A stretch of 64,000 nt of DNA from Bugula neritina (GCA_964035545.1 OZ037770.1:1054001-1118000); one strand, 5' to 3'; positions 22,701 to 52,090 are shown, counted from the first letter of the stretch. Numbers and translations: made by a program. Notes: a model not told the origin generated them from the letters alone.

Positions 22701-24138
22701 ATGGTGAGTCTGTCGTGAAATACTTTGTATATCTCTGCCCGAATCTATCAACTATAGTATACAATTGCATTATTACAATTGTTGGTAACATGAACTAGAA
22801 CTATAACAATTGTATAATATTCAAAACTTATTACCTAGTTTTGGAGATACTAAAATTGCTGCTAGACATTTTATTTTCAGTTTTGTGTTCTCTAAATTGT
22901 TATGATAAATGGTACAATACTTAAAAATATGTTTTTACTGCTAAGAAGCCCTGCAGTGATTGAGACAATGTGGCTGAGAACTGACCAATGAGCTAAAATT
23001 AAAGCTAATTAAAGTTATAGCTCAATGGTACTGACAATATAAATTATACTGGACAAATTTGTAATTTCCATACAGCAATACAATAGATACTGCAATACTG
23101 AAAAAAAATTCACCAAAATCAAAAGAGTTGCCAAAATCAGTCAAGCCACATAACCATAATGCACTGTGTGTTACATAGTACAAGTATATTATGTATAGGT
23201 AGCCTTGTAAGTTTAGATCATCTGCTATTGCACAATTCTCAAATGCCAAGCCAACAAATGTAGCGTTGCTAGTCGGTAATAAACTTGAAGAATATGATAT
23301 CAATTAGACAATGTTTCGTCAATATTTTTTTAGTCAGCGGTTTTGAATGAGAGTTTTAAAAGACCTCCACCAATCACTAAGCAGATTATCAGCGATGTGA
23401 AAAAGTCAATCGAGTTTAAAGCCGCACCAAATTTGGAGCAGCTGAAGAAGGAGGCCTACAGTGAAATTAGGCAGTGTGAAAACAATAATCTTATTGGCCC
23501 TTCACAAACCTACACACCCACTGAGGCAAGTACGTCTGCGTCGCTCTGTGGTTACCTAGCAACCACATTTCACCTAGCAACCATATATCACTTAGCAACA
23601 CAATGACAGGGAAGTGTTACCATAGAAACGAGTAAACTATGCGAGAACAGCAGACAACTTGTCAAAGTGAAAGTTAATGTAACTCACTGAGCATTGCTGT
23701 AACTAACGCTAAGTATAATGTATCATGCTTAGTAATTTGCTTTCATAGAGTTAATTATTATTTATACTGTGCAATTAATAATAATCATAAAAATTTGTAA
23801 AACACTATTACTGTTACTATATTATATGAATTACTCTATAATATTTTTAATTTACGTTTATAATTTTGCCTGACTAATCTATACGGTATATCTATTTTGT
23901 TTTCAATTTTTTAAATCGTTGCAATATAAACACATATAGGTACCAATAAATTTGTGCAAAACACAAGTAGATTCAAATACATTATTATTTTTTGTGATTT
24001 CATATAGGTGTGGTGAGGCTGGACTATAACCCCTCCCAACATTACAAGGATTTAGACTCGGTGCACTCTGCTAAGCTAAACCAGTCAAATAGAAATGACA
24101 AAGAAAAGTCTGGAATTAAATGCTGTCATATAATGTAG
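22701..24138 (+). CDS. Small uncharacterised protein (109 aa) with a C-terminal CaaX box (…GIKCCHIM)
   Basis: ATG|gtgagt at 22701-22703, exon 23334-23529 and exon 24008-24138 join in frame (phases 0 and 1) to give MSAVLNESFKRPPPITKQIISDVKKSIEF...VVRLDYNPSQHYKDLDS...KEKSGIKCCHIM*. I do not recognise the family. Confidence 0.7.
23551..23629. promoter_or_regulatory. Cluster of RFX X-box motifs
   Basis: GTTACCTAGCAAC 23551-23563 and GTTACCATAGAAAC 23616-23629, plus two TAGCAAC half-sites between them. Confidence 0.55.
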
Positions 24139-26454
24139 GAGTTGTCACACCTTTCACAGCTGATGATTTAGAGAATACTCATCAGACAAACTTAGAAATA
24201 CATTTGTAATATTCTTACTAACAATATATGACTAAACCAAAAATATGAAAACTAAAATTACATTTTTGAAAATAGAATTTATATTTTTCATAAAACTTGA
24301 GATATGGGACAAAATAATCATCACATTTGAAGTTATCTGTCCATCATATACAACGGGAATCCAATATTAACAGAGATTGTTCTTTCTGCAAATAAACAGA
24401 ACTTGGGTAATATTTTGAGAATAAACAGAAAATACCTGCATGCATGCTACACAGTATTAGCTTATTATAAATACAGTATAACTGCAGAGGTTCCAGGGCT
24501 ATACTTGTAGCCCTATGCCCATTTTTCAGTGGCTCTTTTAATGCTGAAATTGAGTAAAAGCTGTTTTATGTACTCTGATTAGCACAGTATAGGTTAATTG
24601 GAGATAAATTACTTTATTAAAATAAAATTCATGTTGCGTACAATCTTGCAAACCCTATGTTTCGGCCGACAATTCTGAGCTTTGCCCTCATGCGAAAGAA
24701 GTTGCCCACGCCTGCTATAGTTCATAAAGCATGACTCGTTTTCTCTGCTGGCTTAATTGACAATAACGGAGAATTTTTTTTAACAAAATTGTAATCTACA
24801 TTATAGTTGAGAATTCTTACAAAAAATTTCTCTATATAACATTGTAATCTTGAAACTACCAGACTCGAAAGTCTGGTGAGATTATACCTGCACTCATGAC
24901 AACTGGTTAAACATAAGGAAGTATTTCAACAAAATTCACTGTTGCTTGCCAACAGCTGTGGGCTACTCATGTATACTTGTCAAATGTTACGCACCATCCC
25001 AGCTTCTTGATAGTCTGGCAGAATCCTTGACACGTTCCACTGCTGGTAATAAATTACCCACACGTAGTTTCGCTATCAGCTATAAATATAAACCATGATG
25101 ATATACCATTGCCAAAGCACATATTGGTTTAGTAATATATATTGCATGATATTGAATGACTTGAGGGATGATGACTACTCATTAAATAATAAATCAGGTG
25201 ATTTCTTTATCATTGTGGAACTGATACTAAATATTGCTAACTTTGACTCCTAATATCTATAGCAGAGTAGTTTTATTTGTTGATTCTCACTCAGCAGCAT
25301 GTGTAGCCTCTGTTCTAAACATAAATGAGTGCCACAGCAGCAAATGTAACAGGATACAACATAAATCAAGAGATATCATTTCCATAATCACAATGTTATA
25401 TAATCAACAAGCATAGACCTGAAGTAATTCAAGATTATATGTAAAAAGTTAATTATAAAGCCAATATATACGTTGAAATTAATTGTCTTTAGCTGATAGC
25501 CAAAATACATGGGAATAATTTAATACTGAGTATCAGTATAAGGAGCAGCCTGTGGTCTAGAGGTTAGAGCACTGACTTGGTAAACACGAAGTCATTAGTT
25601 TAAACCCCCAGTAAAGGCCATTAGTGATGTTAGAAAAAGCATCCTGTCATAATCAGCTCTGTGCCACATATGAACAAGTCATTAGCCTGATTAAAAACAA
25701 CCCTTTCTATCAAGGGTTTCTCACAGGGAGAGTGGCTATAAACATCTTTGAGCTTTTATATAAGTATATAGCCCAATACATATAACTTCATGTGTTATTA
25801 TGTTATTGGCATGACTAAAAAATTAACTGTATTTCTCTGAAACATTATCCACTACACTTACTACACCATTGACCCATGTGTGTAAGTTGTAAGTTTTGGC
25901 TTTAGATACTGAAGCTGTTTTTAACATAAGTTCTTTAGTTTTGACAACAAACTGTAACATTGACAGCACCCCATTAAAACACACAAGTTGGAATGTACTC
26001 TACACTAAGCTAAATTTAGGGAGAATACCACTATACACAGCTGGAACAACCGTAGTATACTTGAAATGCTTATTACAGCTTTTATATAACTTTGTAGCTT
26101 TTGTAGCTTTTAAAACTTAAATGAAAGCTTTTATAACTTTGTAGCTATAATACACTTGAAACAAATGACAAAGCAATGAGCTGCAGGTTTGCTGTATTTT
26201 AGTTCAAACTGTGGATTATGTATACAATAAGTTAGAAAAACAAATATAAATAATCTGTACAACTAATGAGATTAAAAATAGAGAATTCTAAAAAACTTAA
26301 AACTTTGTGTCACAAAGCTATATTTTTGAAAAAATATCTAAACTAGTTAGCCTAAATAGAATTTTATATAATAGCAATTGTTGAAAAATTAAATTTAATA
26401 TTCTTTTTTGAGCAAGAGGAATGATGAATTAGGTAAAAGTGACCTTGACCTTTA

Positions 26455-29400
26455 TTAACTCCATCCAACCGGTTTCCACCTAGGCAAGTAAAAGTTGTCA
26501 CTAACAAACCCGCTAGCAAAACTAGTGTTAGGTTTAGCAAACTTTGAAAAGTAAAACGTTTCCCCTCCAGCGAACCAGGCGGCCCAGAACCCAAATGTAC
26601 CTCCGCTGATTATACTGTGGTTACAATTAGAGAGCGTCGCGAAGTCATCATTGCCACTTCCTTCCGCCCAGTATATGCTGTAATTACCTCCGAAATCTTG
26701 GAACATGTCTTTTGCCAACTTGAGACTGTCTGTAGCAGCAACGAATATAACATTGGAGTTGTTGAAATATGATGTCACAGTTTTCAAAGCCGTAGAATAA
26801 AAGGAAGAGTTTGCAGCGCGATATCCGTACTGCAGTCGAAGATCCTCGAGTAAATCCCCGATTCGGATGTGTACGCCAACAAAGATGGGGGACGCAACAG
26901 AACCGAACTTCTCTCTAGCTTTATGCAGGGTTTGGTGTGAGCTCGTCTCATATTGTGGTGTAAATCTGAAAATATCTCTAATTGCTTTTTGTTCAGCCTC
27001 ACTTTGAAAATATTTCCACGATTGTCTGTATCCACCCACCGTCAAGTTTTTGCCCTCAACTTCAATTGGATAGTATTTGGTAAATCCCCCTTCACCAGCG
27101 ACAGTCCAATTTTTCATCATATAAAATGGCAATAGTGGAACTGTGGTGTTGAAGGTAATGAAAAGTTCTTGTAACCACGTCACCCATTCGCATTTGTCTC
27201 CTTCCTGTGCCATTACGAACGTGGCGTTATATTTTGCAGCTGCGGCAATAGCCGAAGCCAACATAAATATCTTATTTCCAACTCTTGCCTGGCCACATAA
27301 CCATGCTTCAAATAAAACAAAACAGTAAATTGTATCCAAAAGGTTTAAACGGTTGGTTGACATGAATATTTAATAACTTAATGAAAGCATATATCAGGGA
27401 TTTATAAGCTGGGTAGTTTCTGTGGTTATCAAGACAAATTGGATTTACAAATTTATGGAACCGGAGAAAAATGTGGAGTTGTCTTCTTTTCTATATGACG
27501 ACTAGTGGTAGAGTTGCCCTACATGTATTATACAGCACACATAGCTAGAAGGACAAATATAGTGCATGCCATGCACAGATTTCTCATTTACAATCGAAAG
27601 TATAACATTTATAAAAAACTTCCTATGAAAATATTTCCAAGCTGCAACATTATTAAAATTCCAACTAGTCAAATGGCATTTTTGAATGTATTCTAATGAG
27701 TCCAGTAATTTTCTTTCCATTTTTTGTAGGGCGTTTTCAAAGAGAAGACAAATGCTTAACATAATATATGGAATAACCCTTACCTCTCTGTGTCGCAACG
27801 AGTACTTTGCCTTGAAAACAGCTGGTGCAGTTTCCAGCATTTAATATTCTCTCTGGCACTTTTGGAGCAGCTGTGGTGGTGACAATACTAGAGTTGGTGG
27901 TATAGTTACTACTCCCACTGCTATTAGTTTTAGTAAGAGTAGTATTAGTGATGGTAATACTAGAGTTGGTGGTATAGTTACTACTCCCACTGCTATTAGT
28001 TTTAGTAAGAGTAGTATTAGTGATGACAATGCTAGAGTTGGTGGTATAGTTACTACTCCCACTGCTATTAGTTTTAGTAAGAGTAGTATTAGTGATGACA
28101 ATGCTAGAGTTGGTGGTATAGTTACTACTCCCACTGCTATTAGTTTTAGTTAGAGTAGTATTAGTGATGACAATACTAGAGTTGGTGGTATAGTTACTAC
28201 TCCCACTGCTATTAGTTTTAGTAAGAGTAGTATTAGTGATGACAATGCTAGAGTTGGTGGTATGATTACTATTACCGGTACGGTTAGTTTTAGTAAGAGT
28301 TTTAGTAGAGTTAGCGGCAGGAGCAGTAACTTTAGCAGTACTAGTACCAATAGAAGTACTACTAGCAGTAGTAGTACTAATGCTAGTAGTACTACTAGCA
28401 GCAGTTGTAGGAGTAGCAAAGTCAGTAGTTATAAGACTAGCAGACTGATGAGTATAGGCTTCATCCACTTGAACTGGTATGAGCGCCGAGTGTTTAAATT
28501 TTCCCTTGAGAGGCTCAGTGTAATACGCTTGATCATTGGTGCAGAGTCTGATACAAGATTTGTCATTGGTTGATAAGGAGTTGCAGTTGCATACGAATTG
28601 GCTAGTTGGAGAGATATTCAGGTAGACTGTCAAGCTGATGAGGACCAGTGCAATCAAGAAATAAAGGACAATTTTCAGGCTCGCCATTCGCCAAGCCCAA
28701 TTTTTCTACAAAGCAATAAGGTATATGTAAGAAACTCAACGGTAAAGTATCTTAATACACTGCAGGGAGAGAGGGGAAGGGGTTCTCACAGGGGCGGAGA
28801 CTATAAGAGCAAAGATAAAGATTGAATTATATCAACAGATCACAGAAACCAACTACAGGACTTTATACAGAAGAAGTTATTTAGAAAAAACTTTTGCAGT
28901 AATTAATTGCTATGAAGCATTAAATGAAAAGAGGATGGAGATTGAGACTTAGTTTTAGGGAACTTTAGTTGTGAACCATATAAATGATCACACCTGACAC
29001 ATTTATAGCCCTCCATCTGTGACTTAATTTATCATTTGGATGATTTACTAAGGATTAACTCAAGTTAATCCCTTATAGTATAGACTATAGTATACATACT
29101 AAACTGATTTTTCAGGATTACTCAATGCTAACCTATAATTCCTGTTAAACTAGCTTACCACTGCATGTATCAAAGAAAAATTAATCCTAATGTTTTATCT
29201 CTAATTAGGCTATCTTTGTGATGCTGTAGATAGCTGAGTTATATTTATTATAGCTGCTGTTGCCATCAACTGCTCATCACAACAAAGTGTGTAGTAAACA
29301 TAAACATACACGTATAAGCTTATAGCTACGATGAATACCGATGTTGAGCAACACTAATTGAATTGCCGTTATCACCAGCATCACTTGCTCTTGTCAATCT

Positions 29401-32400
29401 CGTAATGACTGTCAGACTATGTCAACAAATATACTATCTATAACTATAGCATATTTTACCCCATGATTTGCATTCCAAGAAGCTATACCAACTATGTGCT
29501 AGTCATACTAATATATCTAACTTGAATTGGAAACATATCCAACAGCTGGACTTTAGTGGTTAGTTTACCATCATAATTACTGTTGCATTTGGCTAGCTCT
29601 CAACTCAACATAACAGGTGCCGGTGTTTTAGTATTTAACTACACATGTCTATTCTTGCTGCTCGGTGCCTCCTTAGCTAGAGCTAGTCTTAGCATAAACT
29701 TATATATGTCACTATAATGAGATGAGGAAATAACGGTCAGAACCAATTTTAGAAGCCCAAGTGTGGAGTTGAGTTAACAACAAATGAGATATTGTCAAAC
29801 AACGGACTACATGCTATAAGTGTGCATGACTCCAGAGTATGCTACAGAAATGGAGAGTGGTGCATATTTTTAGTTGTACTCACAGCTCTGCTGGAAATGG
29901 TATTATGGAACTAAATCAGCAGACAATAAAACGTATGCTTGCATGCTCTGGTGGAAGCAATGACAATGTTAATGTTAACAACAATGCATGGTGTTAATTA
30001 TGTATATCTGAAGACATTGAAAATGTAGCACTCCAGAATAAGTCAAAAAGAGTTGTAAGAGATAAGAGACCTCCTGCATGGTTGGCAGACTTTCATACTT
30101 TTGATTAGATTTTTATGTTATTAGTTATGATTATACAAACATCACTGGGAGTGTAGATTATGCTTATGTAGTTTTCATTACTGTATTATTTCATTGTATT
30201 TTGATTGCTCACGTTAAGCTGTGTAAGTATTGTAGATTACAAGTCATGGCTTGCTGGTAGCCTTTTAGCTTTGAAAATTGGAAAGCAGTGAGCTGCAACT
30301 TTGCTCATGTTTTTTTTAATCTTCGGTTTTTGTGCTCTAGTACTGCATGGTGAAAGTTTTTGTTCAGTTCGTTTTAGTAATCAATTTAGTTGTACTCCGA
30401 AAGAGTTGAACAGCCGAGGTTGTTGATAGGCTGCCAGGGAAACCTGATGACTGAAGAAGTAGTAGATAGGCCAGTGAAGTTTAGAGAACTGAGTAGGATG
30501 TATAGTGTTGTGTTTACCCAGTGGTCCCGGTGGTGTGATGGTTAGCACACTTGCTGTGGTTCGAATCCCAGTGGAGAAGATTATTTACACTAAACTCTTA
30601 AAGTTTTTATAATTTGCTACAATTCAATCAAGAACACAAGTTTTTCCCTCTTTCTTGCTGCACCTTATACCTCCATCAAGCTAAAATCAGTCCAAGTGAA
30701 AACTTAGACACGCACATATTTTTAATAAAGCTTGGAAACTGATAATTGCTATAATATATTAACTTGAATGTGGTATAGCCACGGTAAGGTTTGTTCCTTT
30801 AAACTGTTTGAAAGTGCACTATATATAGGCATGCCTGTAAATAGTAAATTAAGTGTGAAATATATAACTATAACATAATAATTATATTCATCATAAGATA
30901 TTACTTTTACTTTCATGTAACCCATTATTTGGCTCACTGAATATCATGAGCAGATTTCATACTCGATCATATAGTTATATCATGGTATAGAGATACACTG
31001 CAGAAGTTTGAACTAGCATTTTCAGCTATCAATGTAGAAATCTGCAAAGCTATTATTTAAGACAGGAGGGTTTACCACAAACTAGCATATCTGAGTAATA
31101 AAACACAACCTATGCTGCTGCCGCAATGAAATCCTTATATCACCAAGTGGCTTAATTAGAGTACCAGGTTTTTAACTACAATTTCAAATCAAAGCGTCAG
31201 TGCTAATATGCAGGGGCAATACCAGATATATGAACATAATAACTGAAAGAAAAGGGGGGGGGATAGTGATTATCCTATAAAACAGCCCAGAATGTAGAAA
31301 TAGAGAAATTGGAAATATAGCCTGTGTTATAGATCGAGGATCAATATTACAACAGATTACCAACTCACATCTCAAACCTAAACCCTCGTTACTGTAGAAG
31401 TTGAACTTTCTTACCTGATGAAAGCCCTGAGCTAGAATAGACCTATAATGTGACTAGCTTACCTGTAGTCCAACTGCCGTCACTAAACTAATCAGGCTCT
31501 AGTTCATAGAGATAAGCCGAGAGTTTTCCTATTTACCAACGAGATAACAGGTTCCTATGTAGCTAGAGGTATACTGAATATATGGAAAAGGTTGCTTATA
31601 GCATAAAGATAATAACAAGCTTACTTCGTTGTAACAATCAGGTAAGATAGTTAACACGCTGGCATTGATTATACCTTCGGTTTATCTACCTTCATCATAA
31701 TAAGCAAGCATTTAACATCAAAAAGGATATTGCTTAATAAACTAATAAATAGTTAACTATAGGTAGTATAGTAGTTGTACTATAACAATCAGAACTATAA
31801 ACTTTATGCCTTAGTAAGTTGCTAGCACACAAATAGTCACAACACTCTGTCATAATTTGTCACAAAGCTGTGACAAGCAAGTGAACACTGGCGATTTATA
31901 AACCACTCAAGAAAGGAATGCCATGAAGTTTTGGTGTTGATAAAAACTCTACAAACAGTAGGTACTTTAAAATTATGTGTTGATTGAATCCTTATTGTTT
32001 TAAAAACTGATTCGTTGATTGACTAAATTTGAATATTATATGTCTTTTCGAAATATTTGGCAGCTAATTCAAAGTTTAACTGTAATGATGCAATCAAAAC
32101 ACAGTAAATAAAACATTATGATATGTAATTATAAGATGTATGTGTTTGCATGTATGGGCAGCACGTATAAATATCAACGAAAAATTAATCTAAACATTTT
32201 ATTCAATACTCTTAGGGCTACCAAACGGGACAAAGCGGAGATAGGTGAAAATTTTATTCAATAGCATGGAGTGGATAAAACACCGCTATGCGTTTAAGCA
32301 CGCACTCTCAGCACACAATTGTAGCTATATATAATTATCATCATATGTACATAAATATATCTACTGATTAGAACTTAAATAAGGACTAAAGAATAATTGC

Positions 32401-32570
32401 TGTATACTAATAATTATGGTAATACATTAGGCCCTCTGTAATTACGTAAGGGTAAGGCACTTTTGTTGAACAATAAAATAAGTATGATCCCAAGTCTAAT
32501 AGACATAGTAATAGATAAAGACACCAACTTTATTTCTTACCTTACGGTGTTGTACATTTGATGACATCAT
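26455..32570 (-). CDS. Alpha-1,2-fucosyltransferase-like protein (GT11), copy A; ~600 aa, type II membrane protein with a long mucin-like stem
   Basis: Exons 32570-32541 (MMSSNVQHRK), 28705-27784 (TM IVLYFLIALVLISLTVYL plus Ser/Thr stem) and 27305-26455 (catalytic: [45 protein letters not shown]). Phases 0 and 1 join in frame. Exon 1 is less certain; an in-frame ATG also exists at 28687. Confidence 0.9.
27880..28290 (-). repeat. 72-bp coding tandem repeat (24 aa, NYTTNSSIVITNTTLTKTNSSGSS), ~5 copies, in the FUT-A stem
   Basis: 72-nt period visible (e.g. 27901 vs 27973). Confidence 0.92.
29580..30108 (+). pseudogene. Decayed Gypsy-type LTR-retrotransposon integrase fragment in FUT-A intron 1
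   Basis: Frameshifted translation EILSNNG.CYK...MLQKWRVVHIFSCTHSSAGNGIMELNQQTIKRM resembles the rve core; C-terminal SKRVVRDKRPPAWLADF* is typical of pol ends. Purine tract at ~31245-31263. Confidence 0.7.
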
Positions 32571-34135
32571 ATTGTAGATTCCGGTAAATAATGATCCCGT
32601 AAACAGTTCTTTGTAATCCTTGGCAAAAGATAGAGCCACACGGTCAGATGTTTGTTGAGATACAAGCAAACTATTTTGACATTCACCTTGTAAAAGTCAC
32701 TGCAATCGAATGCATTGTTATGTTATTGAAAGAGACAGCACTGTACTACCATGCAATGGCAGCGTATATTATAATCATCACCAATTAACTAAAAGAAAAC
32801 AGATAAATAAAAATAAACTTTAAGTTAGTTCCGAGTTTCCTTAGAAGTCGACAGCCCAGGAGTTTAAAAAGACCTCTAAGGGCTACGAGTGACACTATAG
32901 TTACTGCTGAAGTGTTAACAAATTAGCTCAGCCATGACATTATAAGCCAACCCACTGCATGCTCTAACTCTCAGATGTTTATAGAGATGAAACTTATTAG
33001 GAGTGAAGATCCAATCGAGTGGTCTGACAATCACCATGCACTAATGGAAATAACATTCACAGTGGCTTATATTTCAATTTAAAAGACAGTTGTTTATCAA
33101 CCCCATAGATACAGGGATAAGCAAATGGCAGCCACATCAGGCCCTCCTAATGTTTTAGTCAGGTCCTCAGCCAACCACTAGCAATTCTAAGAATTTCATT
33201 GGTTTCTTAATCATTCACAGAATGTGTGTACTAAGCAACACTGGCCAACCATGAACATGACTCATGAGCAGATTCTGGCCAATGTATAGTTGCTGAAACT
33301 AATAATTACGCTACGTTTCAGTGAGGATAAGCATAGCAGCATTACAGTTATGTGATACTGCTGTAGCAGATCAATTTACCTATTGCCGCAACAACAGTTA
33401 GCTTCTACACTTCACCAGTAACCAGTGAGAAGTACCCTACACTAGATAAACTGGAACTAAGAGTACTGAGCATACTTGGTTATGCTTATAAATTTGAATG
33501 CATGTTTTCTAGAATGAACCATAAAAAAAATAGTAATAGAACTTGCTCACCAATGAGCATCTGCAAGATTTGCTTCAAGTAGTCACACATGAACCCATTA
33601 CTAGCAGTGAAATTAGTGCTATTATGGCAAACAAAAGTGTTTTTCATACTTCTCACTAATTACAGTTCTATAAGCCTAGTGGACCCAATCAATTTTTTTT
33701 GCTGCTTTCTTGCTTATAAGTGAACTATATACAACCTGTTGTTAAATTAATAAATCGTCATATTATGTTTTGTATTCTGCAATTCATACTCTCAGCCCAG
33801 GAAACGAAAAAAAAGCAAATTATATTAGCATTTGGTAATGCAACATTGTATATATACTTACATGTAGAATTTACAACGTACAAACCTGGCCCTTCTTACT
33901 CCTTAAATCTTGAGATGTGGCCCGATTTCAAAAACATTTGCCCATCCTTGCGGCATAGAACTTTTTTCAAAGAAATGGTGTAATGACAAACCATAATATT
34001 CAATACCATGGTACTTTTAAAACGCCATCGAAGTTATAATTGAATGAAAGTTAAAAGTCAGAATGTTGTGTTGAACTGTACGCATCATGCAAGGTTTTAC
34101 GTTGTGAAAATAATGCAGGATCCTTAAAATATTAG

Positions 34136-34240
<105 letters not shown>

Positions 34241-34257
34241 ATTATATATATATATTA

Positions 34258-34522
34258 TGCTCTCACTTAATGCTCAGCAATGACATTCAGTGATTGAGCT
34301 CTCTCACCATGGTCACAAACTCAAGCTGCTAGCATTTTGCAAGGCTCGTGACTCCTAGGCGACCCCTAGAGTCACTTGAGCTCTCTGGCTTGAGTTTACA
34401 CACCTTTTAAATATGCTTTAGTAGAAACATAAGTTTTACTATTGCGAAGGTGTGGGCCATGGCACTCTGTTCTGTGCTGATGAGGGGACAAACCCCGAAA
34501 CAGCTGCTGTCCACAGATTGAG
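34258..34522 (+). mobile_element. Hammerhead-bearing Penelope-like/retrozyme-like fragment inserted in (TA)n
   Basis: About 265-bp insert flanked on both sides by (TA)n and ending in a hammerhead; truncated inverted copy at ~41274-41311. Confidence 0.7.
34471..34517 (+). ncRNA. Minimal type I hammerhead ribozyme
   Basis: tctgtg-CTGATGA-gggg acaaa cccc-GAAA-cagctgctg-TC^cacaga: full core, stems I-III pair; predicted cleavage after 34511. Confidence 0.9.
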
Positions 34523-34529
34523 GTATATA

Positions 34530-34643
<114 letters not shown>

Positions 34644-34649
34644 TATTTA

Positions 34650-34735
<86 letters not shown>

Positions 34736-34814
34736 AAATGAGTGTTTATAAAACGTTACTAGAGTGCTCTATAGAAATAAATCTAGAGCACTGAAATAGA
34801 ATCATAGTGGCTAA

Positions 34815-34965
<151 letters not shown>

Positions 34966-35733
34966 GACTTTTTATATTTATATATATTTATAGGCATATA
35001 TTGCACAGGCACAGGTTGCATGTAACTAGTATTACATTATACACAAATAATGTATCTTATTATATAACAGTAAAGCTGCATTATTTTACATTCACTCAAT
35101 CAGTAGTTGTGCTCTCTCTGTCTCTGCACATTAGGGAGATAACTGCTGATCAATGAGGTCTGCTGAACCATGAACTTTCAGTTCTAAAAACAAGCACCTG
35201 CAATCCACAAGCTTTTAACTGTCGGACCACTGACTCATTGCTAGGTGATAGCTATTGTGACATCCCATGCACTTGTAGCTTTAATTGGTCTTGTTTTACA
35301 GCAGATGCACCATCTAATGAACTATATTGCATTCAGCTACAATGTTATAGAAGAAAGTCTCCAATTCAAGTTAATGGAATACCAAATATGTTATCATATT
35401 AGTTTAGTTAGTTATAAATAAAAAATATTTTATAAAAGAACAAAAGAAAAAAATTAAAACAGTGTAACAATTTGTTCAAACAAAATTATTTTCTGTATTA
35501 TGATCCATGCACTAGTGGTTGAACAGCTAAAACTTGATATGTGGTAGTAGTTATAATAGATTCACTGTTAATTATAATTTATATAGCTTTTATATGTGAT
35601 ATTGCACATTAAATTGTAAAAAAAATCATTAGTTGATAAAGTATATAGTACACTAATTGTAGAAAAAACATATATTATAGGCATTTGGTACAAAAATCAA
35701 AAGATGCATGCATCTTCTATATATACAATACAT

Positions 35734-49599
<13,866 letters not shown>

Positions 49600-51715
49600 A
49601 TTCTATATTCAGGTAAAAAGTTCTTTATAATCCTTGACAGTACAGATAGTTATAACACGGTCAGATATCTCTGATCATATACAGGTATAAACTATTTTGA
49701 CCTTCACCTTGTAAAAGTCATTGTAATCAAGTGCCTGTATTACCATACTATATCATTAGACAGTACTTTATCAGGTTATAGAAGACAGCAATAGATGTGT
49801 ATATATAATCACAAGTAAAACTTTATATGCATCATGGTACTCAATCTCAATCATAAATCTCAATGACTACATAATCAAGTCAATGACGCTCATCAATGAT
49901 GAACAGCCAATCAAATGTGTCTCAAAACTGACATAGACATCTGATTGATTGACTACATTTTTAGCCCCTTTCCAAATGTAATTCACATACGCATCATATA
50001 ATATATGCGTTAATTTTCGTTATATATATTATGTAGCTGCCACTAACTATATATAAGATGAGTTGTACTGGTGCTGATGTTAGTAACTTTTTTATACTTA
50101 TTCCAACTGCAGCATAGGAAACTGTAACAGTAGGTTAACACATTAATTTATAATATGGGTTCTTGAAATAACACAAAAAATTTCTTTATGAAGTTGTAAA
50201 GTATTCAAACATATTTACAAATTTTGAATTAATCACCTCTTGTTTTCTTTTAGTAGCTATAGCTAGGAAATGGTATCATAAGTCTACTAAAAATATTAAA
50301 CTATATATAATAAAAACGACATTAAATAATAACTGCACCATTAGACAAATGTTGAGACAAGTAAAAGTAAATGTATAGCTCATAAACAGAGATTAAAACT
50401 TATATTCAATGTTGACTTGAATTAGTTATAGCTGCAGTATTAAAATACTGTCTTTTTGTCCATGAAATCTGAAACATTTTGGAAATCTACAATTTGCAGA
50501 TATAAGATAACACCACTCAATGCTTTCTTTAGCTTTTAGCACAATCTTAAAGGAACTGGTAAATGCCTATCTGTATATCATACTGCTAATCTAATGTTAT
50601 ATAAACAACTCCAAAAAATCAAGCTTAAAATTATTTTTCATTTTATATTCTTTTGTAGCACAGCTCTTAGCTAGCTAGCTATAATCTGTCTAGTTTTGCT
50701 TCATTGAATTGATAATGAGGAGCTAGTTAAAATTATAAGCATCAGTTATGGTGTAAATTAGGGATAGCAGTGGTTTTGGGGTTAGAGCTGTTAATTAGAA
50801 CTACTAAATTTATTGTCAAAACGAACCCGAACCCAAAACTAATAAACTTTTCTTTTTCACAAAAAACCACACTCCCTGCGAGACTGAATAAAACACACAA
50901 GAGTGAATATAACATATAAAAGGCAACTCCCAAAACTGGTAACCAATACGTATGCATGAGACTAAATATAACATGTAGTGTAGTGTTGAGTTTACCCAGT
51001 GGTCCCCGTGTTGTAATGGTTATAGCACACTTGCTTGCAAGTCAGAGGTCTCGGTTTAGATTCCCAGTGGGGGCAATTATTTTTCAAGAGCATTTGCCTA
51101 TAGTAAGCACTATATTATAAGTCATGGGTTGGAGCCTGACAAAGGCCATTGGTGATGTTAGGAAGAGCATCCAGTCATAATTGCTCTTGTGCCTCATCTG
51201 AATATATCATTAGCCTGATTTAACACCCTCACCCCTCAGAGGTTTCTCACTAAAAATGTGCGAGAGTTATGGTGTTAATTTACTTTGATACTAATTCATA
51301 TTTTAAACTCAAAATGTAAAATCTCTGTTATAATTTAGCTATTTGTATTGCATGATTTGTACCGCGCATATAAATGTAGTGAATAGCTGCATAATTCTTA
51401 AACACTGAGAAGGATCAATGGAGAGATTAGTTTATGACTTCAAAGAACAAAAGTAAACAGTCAAAATATTATAATAGTATAATTAAATGGGCAGCTTATG
51501 TAACAATCAATATGTTTTACAGCCGTTTGATCAAGTTAAATATCTTACTGAAATCAACAGACTTGGCTTATAGTTAAACTGTAGCATCAATATTAGTTTT
51601 ATAGGTTTGAATTTATTGTCATGATTGCATGAATTTGTATTTATATTATACTCAATGCTGGTGATGAGAGCTATATTATTATTATATATGCCCCTCTTTA
51701 CATGCTGGTAGCATG

Positions 51716-52090
<375 letters not shown>

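Noticed and set aside
24160-24186. CTGATGA-containing hairpin (other CTGATGA sites at ~31415, 43636, 46652)
   Set aside because: No stem II-GAAA-stem III arrangement, so not hammerheads.
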